DNA of 39,322 bases from a virus. Taxonomy: Duplodnaviria; Caudoviricetes. Of the stretch, positions 24,573-38,200 are shown piece by piece. The notes under the pieces were generated by a model that searched no databases, was not told the origin of the DNA, and was given only the letters and a program-made list of their open reading frames with translations. The stretch is from positions 1-39,322 of the IMG/VR virus record IMGVR_UViG_3300006735_000076. One strand, written 5' to 3'. Every line of letters starts with the position of its first letter. Positions within the stretch are counted from its first letter, which is position 1. Made by a program: the position numbers and the translations under genes.

Positions 24573-26258
24573 TCAGCCCCTCCTTCTATTTGAGAATGTA
24601 CCCTTATTCATCTTTATCTTTAGGTGGTCGTTTGCAGACTCAGGTAATGTATCGATAGAGATTAAAAACAACTCTTCGTTATTCTCAACCGCATAAGGTG
24701 ATGCCTTAGTAATGACTACTGATGTAGTGCTTGCACTACTTAACTTACCTAATAGATTACCATTAGCCTTGTAAACAAATGCGTCTGCTTTACCTGCACT
24801 GATGATGCCTGATGTAAATATAGAGTTAGCATTAGTACCATCAGTTGTAAAGTTAGTAGTGCCTACAGCATAACCCCCACCATTGTTGATTAATATACCA
24901 GTTGACTTCAAATGCATTCTACCATGAACTGTGTTTCTGTTAGATACCCCAATCGCCATCCCACCAGTTGGATCTTTAACCCTGCGGGTTTCAATGCGCC
25001 ATGCAATTCTAACATTAAAGCCAAATGCAGTAGCAAACTCTTCCCTGTTATATTGGCGATTTCTTTCTTCGTTATCACCTGTGCTAGAACTGATGTCTAC
25101 TTCTTGGAATCGTTGTAAAATGTCTTCTATAGAGCCTTCGACTGAGTTAATGTCAATATCTGATTTACGCTCTGTAAGATAGTGCCTAGTAGACAAAACT
25201 ACCTTGCGCTCTGTAGTCGTTAAGGTATCATATGACACAATGTCTCCCGGCTGTACTTTACTCGATAGCAATGTACCCTTCAGTTTCTTATTACCCTCTG
25301 CTTTCTTTGCCATAGAAAGTAACCTACGACCAATCATTTTAGCACTGGCTTTAGTTACGGCTGTAGGGGCATAAATGCCACCGGGTATTTCGTTCACAGT
25401 GTCCTTTTGAGGACCAAAGTCGTCAACCTGTACTACATTTTGGTCATTATTAGCACGGACTTTTCCCCGAACTACTACCCGGTTGAGTGTACTTTTCCCC
25501 ACCGATTCTACATCGCCTTCACTAACCATTGTGTTAGTAATGCGATGCTCACGACCATGTTTACGCTGGTGAGAGTAGTGTATGTTGCCAAACTGATCTG
25601 TGCTGGAATTGTAGCCGTCGTGTTTGGCTAAAAAGCGCATTGCGCTGATACCGTCTACTCCGTAAAAGTCCTGTGCTACGAATGTGCCACTTGGGTTTTT
25701 AATAGTCAGCCCGTTGATTGAACTAGTACTGGCCTTTGCTATACGACTGACTAAATCTGTGGTCCTTAGACCGACATTTATTTTTTGACCTATGCGTACT
25801 GTTTTGTCTGTAAAGCCTATTTGCTTTAATTCTCTACCCTTTAAATTGTTTAGCCTATATCGACTACCTTTAGCACTATGCTCTATAGACGCAGGGACTA
25901 AGGCTTGGTCAGGATTATCTGCACCTATAATCAAAGGAGGAAGACTAAGGTTAGCGCTTAAGGTCGGTTTATTAACTTTATCTTGTCCTAAAAATATGTT
26001 ACCTGTATATCTATGTCCGTCACTAATGTTATGGCTTAGCCTAATGGTATCTTCTTCTTCGATTAAAGAATACTTTCGATCGTGAGTAGGCATAAAATCA
26101 CTAGATGTCGGTACTTTCACTAAAAACCCACTTTGTTGTTTAGTGTATTCTCCGTGACGGACACCATTATCTACGAACTTAGGCTTGCGCACGACTTTCA
26201 TAATTGCATTCTGCACTGCGTCAGCACGACCAGTTGCAAGATTCTTACCTAGTGCCAT
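24573..26258 (-). CDS. putative tail hub / baseplate hub protein
   Basis: AM..LA..DGY....D..G.IHY, NRVVVRG, A....RLL, VQPGDIV pattern of hub (gpD/gp27-like) proteins; ATG 26258 after GGGGAG (GTG 26264 is an alternative). Confidence 0.55.
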   Translation of the reverse strand: MALGKNLATGRADAVQNAIMKVVRKPKFVDNGVRHGEYTKQQSGFLVKVPTSSDFMPTHDRKYSLIEEEDTIRLSHNISDGHRYTGNIFLGQDKVNKPTLSANLSLPPLIIGADNPDQALVPASIEHSAKGSRYRLNNLKGRELKQIGFTDKTVRIGQKINVGLRTTDLVSRIAKASTSSINGLTIKNPSGTFVAQDFYGVDGISAMRFLAKHDGYNSSTDQFGNIHYSHQRKHGREHRITNTMVSEGDVESVGKSTLNRVVVRGKVRANNDQNVVQVDDFGPQKDTVNEIPGGIYAPTAVTKASAKMIGRRLLSMAKKAEGNKKLKGTLLSSKVQPGDIVSYDTLTTTERKVVLSTRHYLTERKSDIDINSVEGSIEDILQRFQEVDISSSTGDNEERNRQYNREEFATAFGFNVRIAWRIETRRVKDPTGGMAIGVSNRNTVHGRMHLKSTGILINNGGGYAVGTTNFTTDGTNANSIFTSGIISAGKADAFVYKANGNLLGKLSSASTTSVVITKASPYAVENNEELFLISIDTLPESANDHLKIKMNKGTFSNRRRG

Positions 26259-26260
26259 GT

Positions 26261-29200
26261 TCACTCCCCGCTATGGTCTCCTGTATTATAAGTTGCATCA
26301 CCATCGCTACCCTTTGGATGTAGGGTCTGACTGTGCCTCGGCTGTACAGTGAAATCGCCTTCTTCATCATCAGGAGACTTGCGACTTGCATCTGCTCTAA
26401 AGTGCTCAAGTGTGTTCTCAGACATGACTACTCTTGCTACTGGAGATCGGATGTCAGTCTTGTCATATCCTGTTACATCGACACCCTCAATCTTAGGCCC
26501 CTGACTTGTAGGTACTGTTGTACTAGAAGTAGGTGTAATTGAGTAAACTGGCGCATATGGTGGGCTACTCGGAGTCCCTGTCAGTGCACCCGGAGCATCG
26601 CTTGTGAATAGGCCATATTTACCGCCACTTGTCGCTCTATAGAAGTTAGAGCCAACTTGGTCAGCACTAGTTTTCATTACAGGTGCTGGTCTAAAGAACT
26701 GAACATGTTTACTGTCTAATACCTGTACTGGGCGGTACAGGAATTCGATAGTGGAATCTGTAAAGTTAGTATTTTGAATGATTGGGTCGTGGTTAGCATC
26801 TTGGTACGGATTAGATGTAGAAGATACACCAGTTTGACCCCAGCCTTTGACATCTAATACGCCTGAATACCTACTCCATTCCATGATGTAAGTTCCACCA
26901 AGCGGCCAATAAGCGTGAGCGTTGGAGAATCTTGTAATTCCCGCAACCGGATTAGTACTGAAGTTTAGAGCGGTCAAATCGAAGTTACCTAAAGTACGAC
27001 TTGCGCCTGTCATGGCCCCTCGTAAGTTTGTCCTCTGCCCTACTTCTCTGTCAGTGTGTAGGCTGGCTGCTTCAGTAGACATGATGACATATTCTCTGCT
27101 AACACCATCGTTTAGTTCAGCAATAGTGTCCACATCTAGTCCCATTCTCATATCATCTCTAGCAACTGGGTCAACTAGCCTTGTATCAGCGGTTACGGTC
27201 TCTACACCTTCACCTACAGAAGCACTAGGTTTGAGCAAACCATCTTCGTCTGCCAAGTCTAACCTAGCGCTTATTCCTCTCTCTATTTCACCCGACTGTA
27301 AAGTTAAGTTACTAGGCCTCACTAGTCCTTGACCAAAGGCTGGCTCTGCTGTGCTATGAGACAGCACTAACCCAGTAGCATCGTGCGTTTCGCTGACATC
27401 CATGAGCATGCTTTCGTTAAACACAGTAGGCCAGCGCACTCCTCTGCCATCACCTCTGTCTCCGACTCTAAGTGCACTAGCAGGGTTAAACCAATCAGCC
27501 ACGCCCATGTTGCTAGCGTCATTGTTAGCGGTATTAGCGTTGCCACTGTAACGGTCATTGCCATCTCCACCAAACAAAGCACCGGCAGCAGGCCTATGAG
27601 CAACATTAGTGTCCGCATATGCATCTTCAGGATCCCAAGAAGGTCTAATTCCAAACCCTCTAACTGGGAACCTGCGTACATCTTCTCCACGAGTATTGCC
27701 CCACCAATCTACCATGTAATATCTGTGCGCATCGGCTAATTCGGATATACCCTTACCAGCATTATCGCCCGGATATTCTCTTCTAACTGTAGATGCGTTC
27801 CTAATTGTCCTTACTGCACAGCCGAATGGCTCTGACATTCTACGACCATCACTGTATCGCACTTGACGACCAATTTGGTCTTGGTTTAGAAGTGCACTAA
27901 CCTGAGTCAGTCTTTCTAAAATACCAATGTAAGTATCACTTATTGATGAATCACCTATTGTCCCTGTGTCTGTCCCTACATAGTCCCAGCCACCGGCTTT
28001 ATCATCTTGCTGTACAAGAGGACCATTGTAATAACCAAGCAAAGCATTAGCGTTGGCAACTTCTAACCAACCTCTAACATAGTTAGCCCAGCGTGGCCTA
28101 TTGTAAGCCTGCCTTAATCCAAATCTAAACCCAAAGCAATTGTTGCGAGCATAAGCAGAAGCAGATGTCAATTGTGCGTATGTCCTAGTCCTAACTCCAG
28201 TATTGTCATCAAACCCACCACAATCCATTCCATGAGTTTCACCACCCCATCCAATCAGTGCATCTCCGTAGGCTTCTAGGCGACTTATTGCCCCGCCTCC
28301 ATGAGAGCCTCCGGGCCAAAAGCCTGCAAAGTTATACTTCTCTGAACTATCTGTACCACCTTGGTGAGACAAGTTGCCATCACTATCGATCTGTGCCGCT
28401 GTGTAAATTGTACCGTCTGCTGATAGGCCAGCACTGCCCGGTGGACTCAGCCATTTCATCGCTAGTCCAAATGGCCCCTTGCTTGCAACATAATTGAAAT
28501 CATGATAATGTATAGTCTCAAAGTGCTCAGGTATATGGTTGTAAGGTTTCTTATCAACAGGCGTATCTGCTACTCCAGTCTTGTCATAGAAGTTGCGAGT
28601 TCCACCTGTAGCGGTGTCGCTGTACCAAGTAAACGGTCTACCTAGATTAGGGTGCCACATACATAGGTAAGCGTCGGGTAGATGTAGTGAATTTGTGTCA
28701 GCAGTTCCGTTTGCTATAGATGTGTAGATGCTTTCTTCTCCTACCTTCCTCCTTTGAGGTAGTAGTCTTGTCATTATACTACTCTTAGTATCTAAGAACA
28801 CAGAATCAGATGCATATGTATCATAAGGTCTAGTTAATTTCAGCACTGTGTCAGCAGCAATGTTAGCCCAAAACTCTGCGCTACCACTTACGCTTGAAAA
28901 TATAGTAGATACCCCTAATGTAGCATGAGCAAGTGTCCCAGTCCTATTACCATAGGTTGCAGTATAGCGTTTACCGCTTTTAGTGTACTCTAACTTTTCC
29001 CCGTAATATGGGGCTACAGGGAATAAGTCGTTATTATCGACTGTGATTGTAGAGCCGCTGCTATCAGTTGCAAGTACAACACAGGTAGGGTTTAGACTTC
29101 TATTGCGCCTGTGCGCCTCATAAATATCCATAAAGGAAGTAGGGTAGCCAGCGATAGTCAATTGGGCACCTACGCAGCCGTAAGACATTCTACAGAATTC

Positions 29201-32200
29201 GTAATAATTGTCAGGCTTGTGCCACTCTAAATGTCTAAACTTCTGAGCAGCAGAATCCCCAGCACCATCTTTGTGCAATATCCCCCACCAAGGTATTGTG
29301 ACTGTATATCCCGGCGTTGCACTAGAGAACATACCCGGCTTGTAAGGTAGACTTCTACGACTCAGTGAAGGAGAACTAGACTCTTGTACACCAAGTGGGT
29401 TATAGAGGCCGAGTGCAGGCATGTTGGCGAAGTGGCTACCGGAATCAGGCTCAATATCAAGAATGACCTCATTGATAATTATTTCACAACCCCTAACATC
29501 AGCCATTATAGCCTCTGCTAATATGAGTGTATGTGCACCATTTGTACTGATGTCTTGCTCGATAGCAATGACAGTGTTGACCTGTTGCCCAGTCAACTCC
29601 ACTACTTTGTCTCCACTTTCAGATGGCGCTTTGTTTTCAGTACCGTGGTTAAGATGGAAACCTTTGATTTGTTGTGCAAATACATTCGGTTGTATTACAA
29701 TTTGGTATGCGCCCACTTCCATTGGATCGGGGAAGTGATTGTTGAGAGTATATGTTCCAGCAGCCTCTAGTACCAACTCGTGACCACCGGCTGCATTCTT
29801 ACTACCTGCATCACCAACGGATGCAGCGACACCATATCCTTCGTACTTGATTTTAGTTTCAGTCAATAGAGTGAAACCTCCACCGTGGATGTCAGAAGGA
29901 GCGAATGCAGCAGTTGGGCCGGAGAAGTAAATGTAAGGGTCTCGACCCGGCTCATGCGTAGTCGAAGTAGCGGTTGTGCTCGTTCTAGTCCCTTCATTAG
30001 TACCAATCAGACTATTGATAGCAGGTGCATTGTTAGAAGTTCTACAACTTTGGTTTAACTCGTACAGGCGCTGATATGCTGGATGAGCATAATGGCCCGG
30101 CATCAATGCCATTGTTGGGTTAACATAGTGGTGACCCATACGAGGTATAGGCATAGGTGTCATCTTAGGGCTTGAAGTCCCTGCAAGATGTATGTAAGGA
30201 ATCGATGGGTTTGTGAAACTACCGCTACTTGCAGGCAGTTTGTCATATATTTCAAACCAATCTGTAATCTTCATATCAGGGCTAGCACCACTATATTCAC
30301 TGTGGTCACGCAACCTTCTCGATGCGTATATACGAGTACTACCTGCTGGCATGTAATAACTAGGTGTTATGTTGACTTGGTGGAAAGAATTTTCTTGTAT
30401 AAATGTTTCAAAATCAGGACCGTACACTACACCTGTAAACTTTTTGGCACTGCTACTGTTATCTATACCCGTGTATGAAACAATTACTCCTTTACCAGTT
30501 TCTTGATTGTATAGTCTCAAAAAGTATCTACCCCCACTAAGTTCACTAGGGTCCGTATAGACAGAAGAACTTATGTCTTCAGGTGATTGTGTTATCAAGT
30601 TGGTTCCATCTACACTAAGGTATGTTCGCTCTTGTGACTCACCATACCTGTAAGTCATACTTGTGCTCATCTTGGTTACATGGAAATAAAGGCTGCGATC
30701 GTGTGGCTCGTAAGCCGTGGTAAGTGGTTTATGACCAGTATAATCTTCCCAACCCTCTGATGTTGATGCCGGGAAACCTAATCGATGCCTGTGCTTAGTA
30801 GTTGAAACATCTGTTCTATCTTGACTTAGATGCTCCCAACCATTATTTTCCCATGTAGGCCATAATCTAGGACCGGGACTTTGATTATCAAACAGGTTTC
30901 TGACAAAGCCACCCTCTTCTCCTTGAGCAGGGTGCTGCAAACCACCTGAACCAAATGTTTCATTCTGATACGCTTGTATTCTATCAAAGCCGGGCCTTAT
31001 TATGATATTGCCCGGTATTTCATCAGGATTAGGTAAACGGATTTTCATATTAGGTGAAATACCAGTACCTGCTAAGGCAGGTGCTAAACCTTCTATCTCC
31101 CTGTCACTTACATGTCTGAAGTCCATGATGACAGTACCTAATGGCGAACCGCCTTCTAAGCGATGTTCCTGCCCAGTATCATCTACCACCATCATGCTTT
31201 GGAATTGCAATTCTTCATTTGGTATCATTAGTGCGTTTCTTATCTTCTTAGGGTGCTGTTCTGCCAACTGAGGGTGGGCTAATTCTTGAGCCTGTATAAC
31301 TGGGAACATAGCAGAATTAGTAGATTCAAAACTAAATCTAACATTACCAAGTATTTTCTCGCCAACTAACTCATATCTCTCTTCCCCTACTTTTCGCTGA
31401 ACCCAAGGTATAGCCCCAAGGCCTCTAGCATTGGCCGCTGGCATAGTTAGGCTACCACCATCCATACGCTTCCAAACAACATGCTCTGCACTAAAGTTAC
31501 GAGCAGCAGATCGCTTATCGTAATATCCAAACAAACCGGGATGAGGCATAGCAGTAGTAGCAGCGCCCGGATTAAGATAATCCAACAAACCACTATTACC
31601 AATACACTCTACACCGTAAGTTGCGAAATCTTCGTGGAAGTTAGAACCTTTGACTATGCTTTCATCCCAATACAAATCACCAGTCGGATGCAAACATGAA
31701 TTGAGTTGTACCATTTTGCCGGATGCTATTGTAGCATGCCATTTGTTATCAGCGGGCACTGCATTTGTTGCAGGGTAATCACTTGCGTCAAATGGTCTTA
31801 CGAAATCGCTGTGTACCTGTGCTTCTACACGAGGACCAGCGTTAGCGTAAGCCACATATCTTGATTTATTGTGAACTTTATCAGTGTCCCACTGGGTTGT
31901 ACCAGCATGTAATATGTTGCCGTTTTCTTTAGCCATCAACCAATCACCTGAACAGAGAATACCGTCCCTGTCGGCCTTTGCAATTAATGGTAATTCACTT
32001 TCATTAGTAATAGCAATCAAGTGCCTTGATGATAAGCCATTTACACAGTAATCAGAGAATGTTGCAGTAGCAGTATCTCCTGTACCGACAGGCGCTGACG
32101 CTGCTAAGCAGGTCTCTGCTGCCCCGTATGGATTGAAGCCAAGGAATGGGTGCCAAGCACCTAAGCCAGCGGGATAAACGCCTGAACCAACTTGAGTACC

Positions 32201-35200
32201 TGTATACGAATTCATGTAAGAATAGGCTTCTCCAGCCCATCCTACTGCACCAATAGGCTTAGTTCGATCTACTGCATCGATTAAACCGTTATAGTGTACT
32301 TGTGTCATGTGGTCACGATCAGTTACACCACTGTCGTTATTATGACGATGAGTACCTGCCTTAGTCCAAACATATACTTTGAAACTGTTAGTTACAGCAA
32401 CATGCCTATTATTTGTAGGGTCAATGACATTTGAAGAGGCATCAAGGACTAGTTCTAACCTAGCATCATTTGAAGAGCCACCTTGTTGAATAACAACTAC
32501 CTCGCCACTGTTATAACCTGAACCGGAAGCGGTTATTGTCGCACCTGTAACTTGACCTGAGCCATTTACACTTGTTATTTGTATAGTTAACCCAGTACCT
32601 GAACCACCAGTCGTAGCCAAACCGGATGCTGCAGAATAGCCACTAGTTCCACTAGTTCCTCCTTGGACTGTTACACTCTTTGGTGTGGTCGCAGCCGGAC
32701 CTTTACCAAGTGTAAAGGTAGTATTAGGAGCACTAACAGAATAACCAACATAAGGTGCGTAACCGGAAGTTGTACCATCACTTACTCTTAACCAACCATA
32801 AGGTGGTAATGTCGTAGAAGTACTAGTTGCCACTAATGACGCAGCAGTTGCACTGGCTGGGTCGAGGCCGTTCTGAGCAGTGTAAGATGCTACGGCTAAT
32901 TCTACCCAACCGTATCTGTCTTGCTTGTGAGCGTTCTGCATAGACGGTAAAAATGTACCACCTATTGCTTTGAGCGGGTCTTTACCGGGGAATGTGTTGA
33001 TAGATGCACTGATAACTGCCCCTAACTCCTCTGCGTTCTGTACACGAGTAGCGTCTATCAGTACAACATTTTCGTCACTTACTTGGTCTTCAGGATCGCC
33101 ATCAGTATCATATTTAGCCAAATATGCTTTAGCCAAAAGTCCACAAGGCCTGAATGCAGATACATTGTGTTTATTAGCGCTACCTGTGGCTAACCTACCA
33201 TTCTCTACTGGGTGCTTTGGATTGATATTGACATGATTATCAAGGAAGTGCCCACCGGGATGATAGCCTCCATCCATGTGCCAAATTGCAAACGCCTTTT
33301 TACTTGCGGGATATGTTGCACTCTCTAATGCACCACCAGCCAAGTTAGTAAATACATGGTTAAATGGATGTGCCGTAGGAGGCAGAGTTAAACTACCTAT
33401 AGTAAAGTCAGAACCTTCGTAATAAAATGCTTTGTTGTACCCTTGCGCAAATGAATCACCACTACTAGTATGAGCAGCGACACTTGGGAATCCCTTTGTT
33501 GGTTCCCAATTCATATCGTAATTGAATGCACTTAGTCTATTCTTTTGAAAGAAACTGGTCCTTGGTAAGTGAGCAGATGCAGCCAAAGTTCTATTGAAAC
33601 CACTAACAAAATCGTCACCGTTGGTTAATTGATTAGGTAAGAATGACGGGGAGGTACTTGTTGTATAAATTGGGACAGCGCTGTAGCCATTACCTGTAGT
33701 CACTATATTCGACCCTTGGGGTTCAAAGGTAGCACTGTTGTGAGGGAAGGCTTGGCCGGGACCAAACACCATGTAGATAGTTTGGTCAGCAGTGTTTCCA
33801 GCAGCGCTATACCTAGCGTGAGGATGACCAAATCGAAGTATAATTGGACTCGGTATGTTTGTTGATACTGTATTTGTACCATCTGTATATGTTGTACCAG
33901 TAGCGTGATTGTTTGCACCCTTAGCCATATCGAAAGGTAAAATACCATCTTGGTTAAACATAGGCGGGTTATTTTTACCCCTGTGGTTATCCAAATAAGG
34001 TGTACCGGGGAACATAGCCAGCATTGCATTCGTATCAAGAAGTGCGTAAGCGCCAGCAACTTCGCCTATGTTTTGTAGACCAGCAGATCCGGTTGGCCCA
34101 CCTGCGTAAGGATGTGTATAGAAATCACCGTAATCGTTTTGAGTACCGTCGTTAACATCCATAACTACACCACTGAACCCACCACCGAAGTAAAGTGGCA
34201 CCCAGTGGTCAGGGCTGTCTCTGCCTCCTCTAAAGTAGAGGAAAGGGCTGGACATCTTGCTTCCAGCCCTACGAATACCATCTGTTTTCATGCCATTCTT
34301 GACATCGCCATTGCGCATGAGGACTTCATCATCACTGTCATGGCAGAAAGAAGCAAAGTTAGTACTAACACCTGTAGCCGCTCCGTAAGTAAGTTTGGTT
34401 TCAACTGCTGTTCCGGGCGTACTGGCAACCTCTGCGTATTCTTCTGAACCCCACCAAATTGTAAACCGCTCGCCCCAAGCCTGTGCATGGTCTGAACCCG
34501 GTACACATATTGAATACAAGTAAGTGTTACTTGCGGTTGTTATTAGAGTACCATCATCAGTGGTTTTCAAAATCATAGGGCTGTCTACCTTTGGTATAAT
34601 GTGGTCGCCCGCTACGCCTGTGTAGTTATCTCCACGAAGGTTTCTTTGCCATATCGATATATCAACAGGGTTATTCTGATTATCAACTAGAATGGGAGTA
34701 GCAGTGTTTGCATTAGTACCCTTGTAACGAGTAGTAATGTGTAAAAGAGTTTCAGGAATATAACCTACATCTAGGCGTACACCCGCATCTCTTTCAGCAT
34801 CGCTTAATCCACCAGTGTGTTTACTTGATACTACAGCGTCACTACTTGCACCTTCGACCAATCCCCAATCCTTACTTCTTGAAACTTCAAACAACTTACT
34901 AAGAGGTACCTTGTTTTTACTACTGGCCTTAACTCGTATAGCAGTAGGGCTAACTCCCCATTCGCCTAATGTTTTACCATCAGGTGCAAACATACCTGTG
35001 CAATCGAAACTTGTTGCTGATATGCTGTCGTCACTAGGGTCAGGCATTGTCATAGCGAACTCAACTGCCGCTGCAATCACTTCGTCAGTGAGTACGCTTG
35101 TGAAGTTGATTCTTGGACTAATTAACATACCTTCGTTAGTAGTTAGTGCACGACCACCTGTGCAACCATAGAAGTAGTGCTTGTTAGATGCACCAGTATC

Positions 35201-38200
35201 ACCATCGTGGTCGTAATGAGATCGGCTGGTGTAATGAATAGTAATCCCTTGGTCACCACTAGTGCCTGCATCATCTGTCAATTGCAATACGCCCGACTCA
35301 GGGAATCCGAGATAACCTAGTACATCAGGGTGGGTTAGCGTGTCTCCTGTACTGTAAGGCGCAGTGAAAGTTACATCCATAGTTACTCCGGTATCAGTGG
35401 CCTTGTTACCAGTTACATGTATTCCTACAGCAGGTGAAGGGTAGTTATTCCAAAGGTTACCTTTGTATGGCTCAGCAGTACCTCCACTCTTTTCGCCACA
35501 TACTTCACCTGTGCCAACCATATGCTTACCAATTGTGAATCCACCTTGCGCTACATCTCTGTCATCAAAGTGAATAATGACTTCCTCATCAATTGTAGGG
35601 GGAGCCATTGTCAAATCGTTTGCAAACGACTTACCATACTGCTTGTAAACCATTCTTACTGTATGGCTGTCACCACGATGATCGACTAACTTAATTCCAT
35701 AGAGGTTACCATCACCTATGTTAGATGGCTTCATATCTGCTTCAGGGATGTAGCCTGTTTTATTGCTATCAGAATATGCTGTGCCGCCTAGCGTAGCAGT
35801 AGCAGCATTAGATGCATTACCATAAATTGCTTCAAATTTAGAGTCTCCATCTCTACCTATACCCCACTTACCAGCATTAGGTGCCCAGCCCGGTATTCCA
35901 GCCTGAGTCATGCCACCAAAGTTAATTCGTGCCTTTGCAGAGGTACCAGTCCTCAAACCATCGACTAATGTAGAAGATGGACTTTTTGTTTCAAACGACT
36001 CATCGATTACGGTGTTACTGTTTCTACCCGATGCGCTTTCTCTAAATGCATCTGTTTTCTGAGTAGAACTTGCAACGGTTTCAGGCCCAAGGCTTAGATT
36101 GTTTTCAAACGAATCTAGTGTTTCTTCAGGAGGCAAGAACTCTTTGAGAGTAGTGATTGGAGCAAATGGTCTACCAAATCGATTGATTGGCATAGGAGCA
36201 GGGTGCATGTTCTCCCCAGTCATTTCGTCAGGTTGACACCAATAGTTACGGAATCTTCCGCCATGACCAATAAGATACTGAGGACGATAAGGAGTCTGTG
36301 CACGACTACTATCTAACCAAGTACAGAAGTTACGACCTTCAGCACCCGGTACAGTAGAATGTATTACTATTGAATAGCCTGAATTTCCATCAGAGTCTTG
36401 CACAACTCTACCGAGGTGAGCACGAACATACCCCATGTGCGTACCTCTATCATGACTAGAGAAAGATTTCTCAACATCCCAAAACGGTGCAGGATCGTGA
36501 GTTGAGCCAGTACTAGCACCAAGATGAGGGTCATCTGATTCTTTTGTGTAAGTTCTGCCGTTCTTAGCACCGGCCTGATTGATTAAGCGGACAACTTCAC
36601 GGGCGGCTGACTCTATGTTAGTAACACCATCTCTAAGTGCTACTTCTCCAAAGTCCACGGTTAACCTTCTTACGAAGTCCATCTTTGTCCAGTGGTCTAA
36701 ATGCCGTAGTCGGGTTTCTTCATGGCTTATTAAATCAAGTGTATCGTTTCTAATTCCCTTCAGTGCAAGGAATGCAGGTATAGCACGAGTACCGTCAGGA
36801 GTATCAAAGAAAGTAGACGCTTCTCTTGAATCCTTGTCGATTTGCTGATGAAGTAATAGCGAATCTGCAGAGTTGATTACTGCGTCATTGGTTCTAGGCA
36901 TGCCGTTATTAGTGGTATAACTAGAACCTACATCAGGAGAATGCGGCGACAAAATAGTACCAGTACTAGCATTCCATGTGCTTTTGTGCGAATAGGCCGC
37001 TTCCATAAACTGAGACTGTGCAGATACTGCAAGGTATTTGCTTTGGCTTGGGAAACCTGATGCTACATCTAGCGATGAGCCTGAATTTGCATCGCTATGC
37101 AGAATAGCGCCTGCTGTTGTAGTAGGGGCCGCACCTATCTTGATGGCATCTGCACTGCTTTGTACTTGCATCCACAAGTCTTGGAATGCAATAAACTCAC
37201 GGTCATGCGCTACATCGTATAGCAACACACGAGAATGTTCATCAGATGACTGGTACGGATCTAGATATGCAACAGTAGGTGCTAAAGTTGCTGATAAACC
37301 AAGGGCTTCGTAATTCAATTCAATAGTTTTGTTAACATGTTGCACGAAGTTTTTGGCAGTTTCAGTACAGGTATTACCTATCAAGAAGTTTTCCAAAGGT
37401 GTACTGCTTCTTGGGTTTGCATTCATCGCCCCTTCTCCACCATTAAACCCAGTCCAAACTTGACCTTCATTGAGCGTACCTCTACTCTTAGCGAATAAAC
37501 CTTCTATTGAATGAGGGTTAGTGTAGTGCATGTTCATCCAAACAGTGTCACCGTCACGCAAACCACCCGGAGCATAAGGGTTGGCCCAGTTCTTATTTAG
37601 GAAAACGCCTTCTTTTACTTCAGGGTAAATTGTACTAGGGCTTGCATGCATATCAACAAGCGTTACCTCATCACCTGCTGACGGTGTGAAGCCGGAGTCT
37701 CTCTGCGATAGTGCGAATATAGTACCTGCTCTTGCTTCGTAGTGCGCATATGTAAGGGTACCACTTGCATTTCTCCAAGCCAGCCTGTAGCGATAACCAG
37801 CATACCCATTTACTCCTTCTCTGTTTTCAGGAAAAGCGCTTCCATCTTTTAAGTATAATATGTTTAGACCTGTATTCAAAGATTCTACTATTCCTTTAGC
37901 CCTGCCACTTTGGATTCTGTCAAGGTGAGGGTTAACACGAGGCCCTGCTCTGAACTCAACTGCGCTGACATACTGCTTCATACCATAGTCAACATTGCCA
38001 CCTTGAGTCATCACATTGGAACGGTCATAATAGAAAGATCGACGACCTTCATATCCAGCACTCTTGAGTAAGGGGTTGTCTGCAATAGAGGTGTAGTTCA
38101 TATCTTGGTAGCCCGGACCCGGAGTGAGTTGTACGCCGACTGCAAACTCCTTGACAAAGTTCTTGCTCATTGCCCAGTTACCACCAGCAGTTGCTGCTGC

